DNA of 64,000 nt, taken from the NCBI GenBank assembly GCA_946534345.1, contig CAMNCL010000001.1, positions 16,485 through 80,484 of the forward strand, read 5' to 3'. The notes beneath the pieces were generated by a model. That model was not told where the DNA came from and searched no databases. It saw only the letters and a list, made by a program, of their open reading frames with translations. A program made the translations under genes and the position numbers. The DNA comes from an uncultured Bacillales bacterium. GTDB taxonomy: Bacteria; Bacillota_I; Bacilli_A; RF39; UBA660. Shown piece by piece: positions 26,844 through 36,400 of the stretch; the stretch's first letter is position 1, and each line of letters opens with the position of its first letter.

Positions 26844-27644
26844 GTGGAGAAAAAGAAGAAAGGAAATAAAGGGTTAAAAGTAATTATTGTTATCTTGATA
26901 CTAGCACTCCTTGGTTGTATAGGTTATATTTGTTATGACAAAGGAATAATAAAATTACCTAAGAAAGAAACTAAAGAAGAGGTTAAGAAAAAAGATAAAA
27001 ATGACAATAAACTAAGTCAAAATGAATTAGATGACATAATGGATTTTGCTAAAGAGTTGAGTAATAATTTTGCAGCATACTATCCTATGGAGGAAAAAGA
27101 TTTTTCAAAAATAGATAATCAAGACTTATTATATTGGACTCTTAAAAGAATTGGCTTTAAGGAATCAATCACAGAAAAAGAAATTGAAGCAGAAGTAGGA
27201 AAGTATTTTGGAAATATAGAAGTTAAACATGAAGATATTGAATGTCCAACGGATGATGAAGAACCATTATATTTACATGAAGATGGTAGATATGTTCCTA
27301 ATCCAAATCATTTTGGACATGGATCAAGTAGTAATCCAAGTGCTGCATTATTCTACTTATCTAGTGAAAAAAAGAATAATGAGATAACAGTAAATTACAA
27401 AATATTATATTCTAATACTTGCAATGATACGTGTATTTTAAATGCTTATTATAGAAAGTATGAAGATGCAGTTAAGGGATTTAATCCTGTACTTGAAGGA
27501 GATCCTGATTCTCCAGATGGACCAGGAGTAAACTTAACTGATGATATATTTAAAACAGTTGAGGTACAAGTACCAGTAACAACATTTAAAATAGAGAAAA
27601 CAAATAAAGGATACTTATTAAAGAGTGTAAGTATTGGTGAGTAG
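26844..27644 (+). CDS. hypothetical membrane-anchored (signal-anchor) protein
   Basis: GTG start after GAGGTGA. N-terminal TM LKVIIVILILALLGCIGYICY followed by a Lys/Glu-rich linker. Preceded by TTGAAA-17-TATAAT at about 26797-26825. Confidence 0.5.
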   Translation: MEKKKKGNKGLKVIIVILILALLGCIGYICYDKGIIKLPKKETKEEVKKKDKNDNKLSQNELDDIMDFAKELSNNFAAYYPMEEKDFSKIDNQDLLYWTLKRIGFKESITEKEIEAEVGKYFGNIEVKHEDIECPTDDEEPLYLHEDGRYVPNPNHFGHGSSSNPSAALFYLSSEKKNNEITVNYKILYSNTCNDTCILNAYYRKYEDAVKGFNPVLEGDPDSPDGPGVNLTDDIFKTVEVQVPVTTFKIEKTNKGYLLKSVSIGE

Positions 27645-27652
27645 GAGGATTT

Positions 27653-28708
27653 ATGAAAAAGAAAATATTATTAATAATTATTTTATTATTAACACTTGTA
27701 GTAGTTCCAGTAGGAGCTAAATCAAAAGATAATTTTATTGCGAATGATAATGTAAAAGTAAATAAAAATATTGGTGCAACTACTTTTATGGCAGGTAATA
27801 GAGTAGAAGCTAGTTCCCAAATAGATGGAGCTAATTTTGTAGCAGGTAACAATGTTGCATTATCTAGTACTCAAGATATTTTGTTTGCTGCAGGTAATAA
27901 TGTAATAGTTGATGGAGCAGTTACAAAAGATGCCTTTTTAGCAGGATCTATGATTAGTGTTGAATCATCTACAATAAGAGATTTATATGCTGCTGCATCT
28001 ACTATTAGAATTGATTCTGATATTAATAGAAATGCATATTTAGGAGCTGATGAAGTTATTATTAATTCTAAAATTAATGGTGATGTAGAAGTAGCTGCAG
28101 ATAAAATAAAGATTGGAGAAGAAGCAGAAATTACAGGTACAATTAATTATCCAGAGAATGCTGATATAAGTATTGCAGAAACTGCAAAAGTTGCTAAAAA
28201 AACAACTTATGAAGTGTCTGAAGTAAATAAAGAAACTGTAGTAATGACAAAAATAATGGATAAGGTATATGCTTTCTTATCAATGTTATTAATTAGTATT
28301 ATATTAATGGCTATGAATAAAAAAGTATTTACTAGTATGGAGAAGATTAAGAAAGATTTAAATACATTTGCTAAACACTTTGGAATTGGATTTGTCTTCT
28401 TAATAGTAGTACCAATTGCCGCAATTATATTAATGTGTACAATGATAGGAGTACCATTAAGTATTATTTCATTATTAATTTATGGAATTATGATTTACTT
28501 ATCTATAATTCCAACTACAGTATATTTTGGTAATCTATGCTTTAAAGATAAGATTAAAAATAAATATTTATTATATGCAGTTTCATTGCTAATAATATAT
28601 TTATTAAGACTTATCCCAGGAATCGGAGGTTTAGTATCATTCATATCTCTATGCTTTGGATTAGGTGTATATACTGAATTGATTAGAAAGAATATTAGTA
28701 CAAAATAG
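27653..28708 (+). CDS. hypothetical membrane protein: signal peptide, repetitive xAGNxV beta-helix-like ectodomain, C-terminal polytopic region
   Basis: Repeats FMAGNRVEA / FVAGNNVAL / FAAGNNVIV / FLAGSMISV. About 4 TM helices at the C-terminus. Confidence 0.5.
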   Translation: MKKKILLIIILLLTLVVVPVGAKSKDNFIANDNVKVNKNIGATTFMAGNRVEASSQIDGANFVAGNNVALSSTQDILFAAGNNVIVDGAVTKDAFLAGSMISVESSTIRDLYAAASTIRIDSDINRNAYLGADEVIINSKINGDVEVAADKIKIGEEAEITGTINYPENADISIAETAKVAKKTTYEVSEVNKETVVMTKIMDKVYAFLSMLLISIILMAMNKKVFTSMEKIKKDLNTFAKHFGIGFVFLIVVPIAAIILMCTMIGVPLSIISLLIYGIMIYLSIIPTTVYFGNLCFKDKIKNKYLLYAVSLLIIYLLRLIPGIGGLVSFISLCFGLGVYTELIRKNISTK

Positions 28709-28729
28709 AGTCATAGGACTCTATTTTTT
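28706..28729 (+). terminator. intrinsic terminator
   Basis: TAGAGTC-ATAG-GACTCTA followed by TTTTTT. Confidence 0.7.
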
Positions 28730-28752
28730 GTTATAATATAAGTGGTGATTCG

Positions 28753-30150
28753 ATGAAATATACTGTTTTAGTTAATAAGATTAATTATATAAAAGATAGT
28801 TATCTAAATAGAATTAACTTAGTTACTACTAAGAATGTCTTAGATAAAGATATTTTAATTGAAGAAGAAACTTATAATAATTATTTAAAATTAAAAGAGT
28901 TTATTAAGAATGAATTAGATATTGAAATAGGAATAGATACCGCATATAGAAGTATTAATGAACAAGAAGAGATATATAATCATTATTTAGAAATTAATGG
29001 AGAAGAGTATTGTAATAACTATGTTGCAGTACCAACTTATTCTGAACATCATACAGGACTTGCTGTTGATATAGAAGCGAAGATAAATAGTGAATTTATT
29101 TATAGTGATGATAATTTTAATTTAACTGAACCAGTATTAAAAAAGATTCATCCATATCTTCATAAGTTTGGTTTTATATTAAGATATCCAGAAAATAAAA
29201 AAGATATTACAGGATATAACTATGAACCATGGCATATTAGATATGTAGGAGAAATACCTGCAAAAATAATTTATGAAAACAATCTAACATTAGAAGAATA
29301 CTTACAAGATTTTGGTTGCGTTCTATATATAAATAAACCAAAAGATGTAACATCTTTTGATGTGGTTAATGAAATTAGTCATTTGTTTGGAATAAAAAAA
29401 GTAGGTCATACTGGTACATTAGATCCACTTGCTACTGGAGTAATGTTAGTATGCGTTGGGAAAGCTACTAAGATAGTTGAATTATTAACAGCTAACGATA
29501 AAGAGTATATTGCAGGAGTAAAACTAGGAATTGAAACTGATACATTAGATATTACAGGAGAAGTAATAGATGAAAAAGATATTCCTAATAATTTAAATAT
29601 AGAAGAAGTACTAAATAGTTATAAAAAAACATATCTACAAGAAGTTCCTAAGTATGCTGCAGTAAAAGTAAATGGTAAGAAGTTATATGAATATGCAAGA
29701 AATAATATAGAAGTAGAACTACCTAAAAAAGAAGTAACTATTAAAGAAATCGAATTATTAAATAAAGATTCTAACTCATTTGAATTTAGATCTCTAGTTA
29801 CTAAAGGTTGTTATATTAGAAGTTTAATTAAAGATATTTGTACTAGTCTAAATACAATTGGTACTATGACATCTCTAATTAGAACTAAACAAGGTATTAT
29901 AGATATTAAAGATACAAATACTTTAGAAGATTTAAAGAATAATAATTATAACTTACATAAAATAGAAGAAGTTCTAGATTACCCAATTATAGAACTACCA
30001 AGTGATTTAATAAAAGAAGTAACTAATGGTATGAAGATTACTAATAATTGGGATATTAAAGATAAAGTTATATTTACAATTAATAATAAATTAATTGGAA
30101 TCTATGAAGTTAATCATAATAATCTAAAAGTATGGAAAAACTTTAATTGA
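28753..30150 (+). CDS. truB: fusion ORF: VanY-type (M15B) D,D-carboxypeptidase domain + tRNA pseudouridine-55 synthase TruB
   Basis: N-terminal half: LVNK, SEHHTGLAVD, EPWHIRYVG (VanY/M15B zinc ligands). C-terminal half: INKPKDVTSFDVVNEISHLFGIKKVGHTGTLDPLATGVMLVCVGKATK (TruB catalytic Asp motif). No stop and no in-frame ATG/GTG/TTG at the junction (about 29285-29345). Confidence 0.8.
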   Translation: MKYTVLVNKINYIKDSYLNRINLVTTKNVLDKDILIEEETYNNYLKLKEFIKNELDIEIGIDTAYRSINEQEEIYNHYLEINGEEYCNNYVAVPTYSEHHTGLAVDIEAKINSEFIYSDDNFNLTEPVLKKIHPYLHKFGFILRYPENKKDITGYNYEPWHIRYVGEIPAKIIYENNLTLEEYLQDFGCVLYINKPKDVTSFDVVNEISHLFGIKKVGHTGTLDPLATGVMLVCVGKATKIVELLTANDKEYIAGVKLGIETDTLDITGEVIDEKDIPNNLNIEEVLNSYKKTYLQEVPKYAAVKVNGKKLYEYARNNIEVELPKKEVTIKEIELLNKDSNSFEFRSLVTKGCYIRSLIKDICTSLNTIGTMTSLIRTKQGIIDIKDTNTLEDLKNNNYNLHKIEEVLDYPIIELPSDLIKEVTNGMKITNNWDIKDKVIFTINNKLIGIYEVNHNNLKVWKNFN

Positions 30151-30186
30151 AAAAGTAATGTTTGAGATTTTTGAGGTGATTAAAGA

Positions 30187-30669
30187 ATGCAAATAATTGA
30201 ATATGAAGATAAATATCTAGAAGATGTTAAGGACTTATTAGTAGAACTTGAGGAATATATAGTATCAATTGATAAGGATAATTTAGACCATGTTCATTCA
30301 GAATATAGAGAAAAAATGGCATTGTTAGATTTAGACAAAGTTAATAAAAACAATGGTAAATGCTATTTGGCAGTAGAAAATAATAAAGCAATTGGTTTAA
30401 TCATGGGATGTATATTTCCATATGAAGAATATGATTATTTAGATTATAAATGTCCTAAAAGAGGAGAAATAACAGAATTAATAGTTACAAACAAAACTAG
30501 AAATAGTGGAATAGGGCAGAAACTAATAAATAAAATGGAAGAATACTTTAAATCAGTTGGTTGTGAATATGTAATGGTAGATGTATTTGCTTATAATGAA
30601 ATGGGTAAGAAGTTTTATAATAAAAAAGATTATCATACTAGAATGGATATAATGATAAAGAAAATATAA
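30187..30669 (+). CDS. GNAT-family N-acetyltransferase
   Basis: Motif A RNSGIGQKLINKME. 160 aa. Confidence 0.8.
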   Translation: MQIIEYEDKYLEDVKDLLVELEEYIVSIDKDNLDHVHSEYREKMALLDLDKVNKNNGKCYLAVENNKAIGLIMGCIFPYEEYDYLDYKCPKRGEITELIVTNKTRNSGIGQKLINKMEEYFKSVGCEYVMVDVFAYNEMGKKFYNKKDYHTRMDIMIKKI

Positions 30670-30675
30670 TAATAC

Positions 30676-30703
30676 TTGTAATATTTATAAAATATGTTAT
30701 AAT
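30676..30703 (+). promoter_or_regulatory. sigma-A promoter with extended -10 for the rimP-nusA-infB operon
   Basis: TTGTAA 30676-30681, 16-nt spacer, TGtTATAAT ending at 30703. Confidence 0.6.
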
Positions 30704-30715
30704 ACAAACAGAAAG

Positions 30716-30749
30716 GAGTGGGAAAGAAGTATTCCCACTCTTATTATTT
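30716..30749 (+). terminator. leader hairpin plus U-rich tract between the promoter and rimP (candidate attenuator)
   Basis: GAGTGGGAA-AGAAGTA-TTCCCACTC (9 bp) followed by TTATTATTT. Confidence 0.55.
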
Positions 30750-30764
30750 GATAGAGGTGATAGA

Positions 30765-31016
30765 TTGAAGACAAAGATTAGTGAATTAGTAAATGAATCT
30801 ATTAAAGATTTAAATGTATTTGTAGATGATGCATTTACTAGTGAAGAGGAAGGTCAAAAGATTCTTAATGTTGTGCTTGATAGTGATGAAATAATTGATT
30901 TAAATCGTGTGACTGAAGCATCAAGAATTATTAATAAGATAATTGATGAACATGAAGAATTATTAAAAGATGTTGATGTGTTAGATATCTATTCTAAAGA
31001 GAAAGGAGATAATTAA
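30765..31016 (+). CDS. rimP: ribosome maturation factor RimP, short form (N-terminal domain only)
   Basis: TTG start after GAGGTGA. 83 aa. Lies immediately upstream of nusA. ...LNVVLDSDEIIDLNRVTEASRIINKIID... resembles the RimP N-domain. No room for the C-terminal domain. Confidence 0.6.
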   Translation: MKTKISELVNESIKDLNVFVDDAFTSEEEGQKILNVVLDSDEIIDLNRVTEASRIINKIIDEHEELLKDVDVLDIYSKEKGDN

Positions 31017-31017
31017 A

Positions 31018-32268
31018 ATGGCAAAGAAAAAAGAAGAAACTCAAAATGGAATGAACGGGAAAGAATTTAAAAAAGCATTAGATAATATAGTTCAAGAAAA
31101 AGATATTGATCCTGAAGTAGTATATAGTGCAATGGAGTTAGCCTTAACTTCAGCTTATAAGAAAAACTTTAATTCTAAAACTAATGTTAAAGTAGTATTT
31201 GATCGTGATACAGGAGATATTAAAGTATATTCATTCTTAACAGTAGTACCTGATGATAAGATGACTAAAGAAGAATATGAAGATGCTTTATTTGAAAAAT
31301 ATGCAGAAGATGATGAATTAGATACTAAACCTGAAGAAGTAGTGGAAGAGACTGAAGCTGTAGAAGGTGAAGATGAAGAAGAAAAAGAAAAGAAAGATGC
31401 ACCAAGTTTCTTCAATAAAGAAACTGAAATAAAATTAAGTGAAGCTAAGAAAATTGATAAAACATTAGAAGTAGGAGATACTATTGATACTGAGGTTACT
31501 CCAAAAGACTTTGGTAGAGTTGCAACTTCAACTGCTAAACAAGTAGTAGTTCAAAAGATTCGTGAAGCTGAAAGAAATAGTATCATGGATGAATTTGGAG
31601 ATAAACAAGATGAATTATTAATTGGTACAGTAGCACTTGAAGATACAGATAATTACTTTATTGATTTAGGTAGAACTAATGGTATCTTACCTAAGAAAGA
31701 TTGTATCCCAGGAGAAAAAATTGAAATGGGTTCTCAAATAAAAGTATATGTATCTAAAGTAGATAATAATGGTAAGAATTTACTTATTCTACTTAGTAGA
31801 ACACATTATGGATTTGTTAAAAGATTATTTGAACTTGAAATACCAGAAATTAATGATGGTACAGTTATGATTTATAGTGTAGCAAGAGATGCTGGTAATA
31901 GAAGTAAAGTAGCAGTTTATTCAGATAATCCAAATGTTGATCCAATTGGAGCTTGTATTGGAGAAAAAGGTAGTAGAATTGCTAGAATAATTAATGAATT
32001 ACATGGAGAAAAATTAGATGTAATTAAATATGATGCAGATCCTGCAGTATTTATTGAAAATGCACTAAGTCCTGCAAAAGACTTAACAGTAGCAATTACT
32101 GATCCTAAGAAATTAGAAGCAATGGTTATTGCTGACGGAGATAATTTCTCACTTGCTATTGGTAAAAAAGGACAAAATGCAAGACTTGCGACACGTTTAA
32201 CTAAATTTAAAAAGATTGATATAAAGACAACAGAACAAGCAAGAGAAGCAGGAATTAACTTTAGATAG
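31018..32268 (+). CDS. nusA: transcription termination/antitermination factor NusA
   Basis: N-terminal domain, S1 (GTVALEDTDNYFIDLG), KH1/KH2 (IGACIGEKGSRI, LAIGKKGQNARLA). Carries an acidic insertion at about residues 80-150. Confidence 0.95.
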   Translation: MAKKKEETQNGMNGKEFKKALDNIVQEKDIDPEVVYSAMELALTSAYKKNFNSKTNVKVVFDRDTGDIKVYSFLTVVPDDKMTKEEYEDALFEKYAEDDELDTKPEEVVEETEAVEGEDEEEKEKKDAPSFFNKETEIKLSEAKKIDKTLEVGDTIDTEVTPKDFGRVATSTAKQVVVQKIREAERNSIMDEFGDKQDELLIGTVALEDTDNYFIDLGRTNGILPKKDCIPGEKIEMGSQIKVYVSKVDNNGKNLLILLSRTHYGFVKRLFELEIPEINDGTVMIYSVARDAGNRSKVAVYSDNPNVDPIGACIGEKGSRIARIINELHGEKLDVIKYDADPAVFIENALSPAKDLTVAITDPKKLEAMVIADGDNFSLAIGKKGQNARLATRLTKFKKIDIKTTEQAREAGINFR

Positions 32269-32277
32269 GAGGTATTT

Positions 32278-32541
32278 ATGAAACAAAGAAAAATACCTTT
32301 AAGAACATGTGTTGTAACTAAAGAAGCTCTTCCAAAAACTGAATTACTTAGAATAGTTAGAACTCCATATGGAGAAGTATTACCAGATGAAACAGGTAAA
32401 TTAAATGGAAGAGGAGCTTATATTAAGAAAGATATAGAAGTATTAGAAAAAGCACGTAAAAGTAAAATATTAGAAAAAAGATTAGAATGTGAAATAGAAG
32501 ATAGTGTATATGATGAAATAAGAGAAATATTAGAGAAGTGA
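32278..32541 (+). CDS. ylxR: YlxR family RNA-binding protein (DUF448)
   Basis: RKIPLRTCVVTKE...ELLRIVRT...GRGAYI motif. Lies between nusA and infB. Confidence 0.85.
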   Translation: MKQRKIPLRTCVVTKEALPKTELLRIVRTPYGEVLPDETGKLNGRGAYIKKDIEVLEKARKSKILEKRLECEIEDSVYDEIREILEK

Positions 32542-32552
32542 GGTGAGTCTTA

Positions 32553-34691
32553 ATGATGACTTTAGAAGATTATGCTATGGACGTAGGAAAAACTATCGAA
32601 GAGATAAAAGAACTATGTGATAAAGTAGGAATTAATTATGAAGATGAAAACTCTTTATTAGACGATGTTAGTATTACTTTATTAGATAATGAAATGCAAG
32701 ATGAAGAAGACTATATCGGTGGAGACTCAGAAGATTTAGAAGAACAAAGAATGGAAGAAGAAGTAGCAGATAAAGCAGAAGAACTTGCTCAAAATACAAA
32801 ATTTGATTTAGATGATACTACTTCATTTACAAAAGTTAAACAAAATAGAGAAGCTAAAAAGACAGATAATAAGAAAGACTTTTTAAAGGAAAAGAAAAAG
32901 TTATATAAACATCGTGAAAAACTTCAAAGTAATGAAGTTGTTCAAGATGAAAATGTAATTCTATATAAAGATGGAATGACTGTTAGTGATGTAGCTGGTT
33001 TATTAGAAGTAAATCCTACAGAATTAATTAAGAAATTAATTGGTTTAGGAGTAATGGCTTCCTTAAATCAAACTCTTGATTATGATACAGTTGCAGTTAT
33101 TGTTAGTGAATATGATAAAGTATTAAAGAAAGAAGAAACTGCTGATATTTCAAATTTTGAAAATTATGAAATAGAAGATAAAGAAGAAGACTTAGTAGAA
33201 AGACCACCAGTTGTTACTATTATGGGTCATGTTGATCATGGTAAAACTACATTACTTGATTATATTAGAAATAGTGATGTTGTTAGTGGGGAAGCTGGAG
33301 GTATTACTCAAGCAATAGGTGCTTATTCAGTTAAATGCAATGATAAAAAGATTACATTTATTGATACACCTGGACATGCTGCATTTACAGAAATGAGAGC
33401 TCGTGGAGCTAGTATTACTGATATAGTAATTATTATAGTTGCTGCTGATGATGGTGTTATGCCTCAAACTAAAGAAGCAATTGATCATGCTAAAGCTGCA
33501 GGAGTACCTATTATAGTTGCTATTAATAAGATTGATAAACCAGAAGCAAATGTTGATAGAATTATGACTGCTTTAGTTGAAAATGGTTTAACTCCTGAAG
33601 AATGGGGTGGAGATGTTATTGTTAATAAGATTTCTGCTAAATCAGGACAAGGTGTTGATGAATTATTAGAAAGTATCTTATTAGTTGCTGAAATGCATGA
33701 ATATAAGGCTAATCCATCACGTTATGCAACAGGAGCTGTAGTAGAAGCAAAGAAGGATTCAAAAGTTGGATCTATCGCAACATTATTAATTCAAAATGGT
33801 ACTCTACGTTTAGGAGATCCTATTGTTATTGGTAATTTTGCTGGTAAAGTTAGAACTCTAAAGAATGATAAAGGACAAAATATAACTGAGGCTGGTCCAT
33901 CTACACCAGTAGAAGTAACAGGTATTTCAGAAGTACCAAGTGCTGGTGATAAATTCATGGCATTTGAAACTGAAAAACAAGCAAAAGAAATTGCTAATGA
34001 AAGACAATTACGTAGTAAAGAAAAAGATACTAACTTTAGTGGAATGACTCTAGAAGATTTATTTGGAAGAATAAAAGAAGGTCAAAAAGAAATTAAAGTA
34101 GTTCTTAAGGCCGACGTTAATGGTTCATTAGAAGCAGTTAGAAATGCCTTAGAGAAAATAGATGTAGAAGGTGTAAAAGTATCTGTAATTAGAGGTGGAG
34201 TAGGAGCTATTACTGAAAGTGATGTAGTATTAGCTAGTGCTTCAAATGCTATTATTATTGGATTTAATGTTCGTGGCACAACAGCTACACTAGATACTGC
34301 TAAACAATATGGTATTGAAATAAAGACATATGATATTATCTATAAAGTAGTAGAAGACATGGAAAGAGCTATGAAAGGTATGTTAGATCCTGAGTATGAA
34401 GAAAAAGTATTAGGTACTGCAGAGATAAGACAAATCTTTAAATTCTCAAAAGTAGGATTAATAGCTGGTTGTCATGTAACTAGTGGTATAATTAAGAATA
34501 ATCTAAAAGCTCGTATAATTAGAGATGATATAGTAGTTTATAATGGTTCAGTAAAAACACTACAACATGAAAAAGATCAAGTAAAAGAAGTTAAGAAAGA
34601 TATGGACTGTGGAATGACTCTAGAAAATTGTCAAGATTATAAAGAGGGAGACATCATTGAAGTATACGAATTAGTAGAGATTAAGAGGTAA
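32553..34691 (+). CDS. infB: translation initiation factor IF-2
   Basis: G-domain [21 protein letters not shown]. 712 aa. Conserved C-terminal domains. Confidence 0.97.
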   Translation: MMTLEDYAMDVGKTIEEIKELCDKVGINYEDENSLLDDVSITLLDNEMQDEEDYIGGDSEDLEEQRMEEEVADKAEELAQNTKFDLDDTTSFTKVKQNREAKKTDNKKDFLKEKKKLYKHREKLQSNEVVQDENVILYKDGMTVSDVAGLLEVNPTELIKKLIGLGVMASLNQTLDYDTVAVIVSEYDKVLKKEETADISNFENYEIEDKEEDLVERPPVVTIMGHVDHGKTTLLDYIRNSDVVSGEAGGITQAIGAYSVKCNDKKITFIDTPGHAAFTEMRARGASITDIVIIIVAADDGVMPQTKEAIDHAKAAGVPIIVAINKIDKPEANVDRIMTALVENGLTPEEWGGDVIVNKISAKSGQGVDELLESILLVAEMHEYKANPSRYATGAVVEAKKDSKVGSIATLLIQNGTLRLGDPIVIGNFAGKVRTLKNDKGQNITEAGPSTPVEVTGISEVPSAGDKFMAFETEKQAKEIANERQLRSKEKDTNFSGMTLEDLFGRIKEGQKEIKVVLKADVNGSLEAVRNALEKIDVEGVKVSVIRGGVGAITESDVVLASASNAIIIGFNVRGTTATLDTAKQYGIEIKTYDIIYKVVEDMERAMKGMLDPEYEEKVLGTAEIRQIFKFSKVGLIAGCHVTSGIIKNNLKARIIRDDIVVYNGSVKTLQHEKDQVKEVKKDMDCGMTLENCQDYKEGDIIEVYELVEIKR

Positions 34692-34695
34692 TAAT

Positions 34696-35046
34696 ATGGC
34701 AAGTGTAAAAATAGAAAGATTAAATCATGCTTTCCAAGAAGAAATAAGTATGATTCTAATGCGAGAAGTAAAAGATGAAGATATTAAATTTGTAACTATT
34801 ACTGGAGTAGATACAACTAGTGATTTAAGTTATGCTAAAGTATATTACACAGTATTAGATGATTCTAAGAAAGAGAAGACAAAAGAAGCTTTAGAAAAAG
34901 CTGCATCATTTATAAGAACAAAACTTGCTGAAAGAGTAGAAGTAAGACATACTCCAGAATTAAAGTTTATTTATGATACTTCTATTGCATATGGAGAGCA
35001 TATAGATAAATTAATTGATAAAATTAATGAAGAAAAGGCAGAATAA
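34696..35046 (+). CDS. rbfA: ribosome-binding factor A
   Basis: 116 aa. ...ITGVDTTSDLSYAKVYYTV...HTPELKFIYD... typical of RbfA. Follows infB. Confidence 0.9.
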   Translation: MASVKIERLNHAFQEEISMILMREVKDEDIKFVTITGVDTTSDLSYAKVYYTVLDDSKKEKTKEALEKAASFIRTKLAERVEVRHTPELKFIYDTSIAYGEHIDKLIDKINEEKAE

Positions 35047-35062
35047 TCTGCCTTTTTATTTT
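35036..35062 (+). terminator. intrinsic terminator after rbfA
   Basis: AGGCAGA-ATAA-TCTGCCT followed by TTTTATTTT. Confidence 0.75.
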
Positions 35063-35092
35063 GTTTGTGGTATAATTAAATAAGATAGGAAG

Positions 35093-36391
35093 ATGTTTAT
35101 GGCATATAAAAGAAGATTAAGGTTTGATAAAAGAATTAAACATAAACGAAATATGGATATTTTATATATCATTGTTTTTGTGTTGTTTGCTTCTCTAGGA
35201 ATTGGTTATTCTTATATAAGTACTAATTTGAATATTGATGGAACAGCTAATGTAACTGCCGCAAACTGGGATGTTCACTTTGCCAATTTAAATGTTACAG
35301 AAGGATCTATTACTGCAACAACCCCAGCTTCTATTACTAGTGACACAACAGTAGAATTTGCCGCAACACTAGAGAATCCAGGAGATTTTTATGAATTCAC
35401 AGTAGATGCAGTAAATAGTGGTACAATGGATGCTATGATAGATAGTTTTTCTATTAATCCAACACTAACTACAGATCAAAAGAAATATTTAGAATACACA
35501 GTAACTTATTTAGATGGTACAGAATTAGTAAATAAACAGGCTCTAAGACAAGGAACTAGTGAGATAATTAAGGTAAGATTCAGTTATATAGAAAATGAAG
35601 ATAAAACTAATTATCCAACTGAAGATCAAAACTTTACAATTAGTTTTAATATAGATTATTCACAAGCAGATGATAGTATGATAGAAGTTAATCATGTTTT
35701 TGCAAATGAGTCATGGACTACTATTATTAATAATATTAAAACAGGAAGAATACCAGACTATTATAATGGGGCTACTAAAGATGTTGATTTAGGAAGTCTA
35801 GGAACACATACTTTAAGAATATCAAATACTACTACCCCTAGTGAATGTTCTAATAGTGGTTTTTCTGAGACTGCCTGTGGAGTAGTATTAGAATTTGCAG
35901 ATATAATTGATGAACAAAGAATGAATCATTCCACATCTAATGAAGGTGGATGGGAATCTTCTGAACTACGTACATATTTAAATAGTACAGTATATAATTT
36001 AATACCGGAAGAAATTAGAAGTAACATTATTGATACTTATGTAGTATCAGGACATGGTTCAAAAGATTCTAATAATTTTACTACTACTGATAAAATATAT
36101 TTATTATCTACAAAAGAAGTATGGGGAAAAGAAGGTACAACTAATATATGTACTAGAGATACAGCAGAAGTTGAAACTAGACAACTTGACTATTATAAAG
36201 ATCAAGGAATTAAAACAGATAGTAATAATGGCGCGATAAAGAAATATAATGGTAATACTAAAAACTGGTGGCTACGTACAGCAGATAGTGCTGATGGAGA
36301 TGATTTTATGAGAGTAAATGATACAGGTCATTGGGGAGATAGTACTGCTAATGTAACTAATTATGTATCACCAGCTTTTAGAATAGGATAG
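35093..36391 (+). CDS. hypothetical secreted or signal-anchored protein
   Basis: Basic N-terminus plus TM ILYIIVFVLFASLGIGYSYI. Beta-rich domain. C-terminal region with KIYLLSTKEVWG and NWWLRTA motifs. Confidence 0.55.
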   Translation: MFMAYKRRLRFDKRIKHKRNMDILYIIVFVLFASLGIGYSYISTNLNIDGTANVTAANWDVHFANLNVTEGSITATTPASITSDTTVEFAATLENPGDFYEFTVDAVNSGTMDAMIDSFSINPTLTTDQKKYLEYTVTYLDGTELVNKQALRQGTSEIIKVRFSYIENEDKTNYPTEDQNFTISFNIDYSQADDSMIEVNHVFANESWTTIINNIKTGRIPDYYNGATKDVDLGSLGTHTLRISNTTTPSECSNSGFSETACGVVLEFADIIDEQRMNHSTSNEGGWESSELRTYLNSTVYNLIPEEIRSNIIDTYVVSGHGSKDSNNFTTTDKIYLLSTKEVWGKEGTTNICTRDTAEVETRQLDYYKDQGIKTDSNNGAIKKYNGNTKNWWLRTADSADGDDFMRVNDTGHWGDSTANVTNYVSPAFRIG

Positions 36392-36400
36392 AGGTGTAAC

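Noticed and set aside
26455-26877. A 140-aa + strand ORF overlapping the 3' end of the 25896..26714 gene in another frame.
   Set aside because: It has no RBS and runs through the terminator and promoter at 26766-26825. The Gly-rich frame is more coherent. Judged spurious.
36054-36239. A 61-aa same-strand alternative-frame ORF inside 35093..36391.
   Set aside because: It is embedded in a longer, better-supported frame. It is low-complexity and lacks an RBS.
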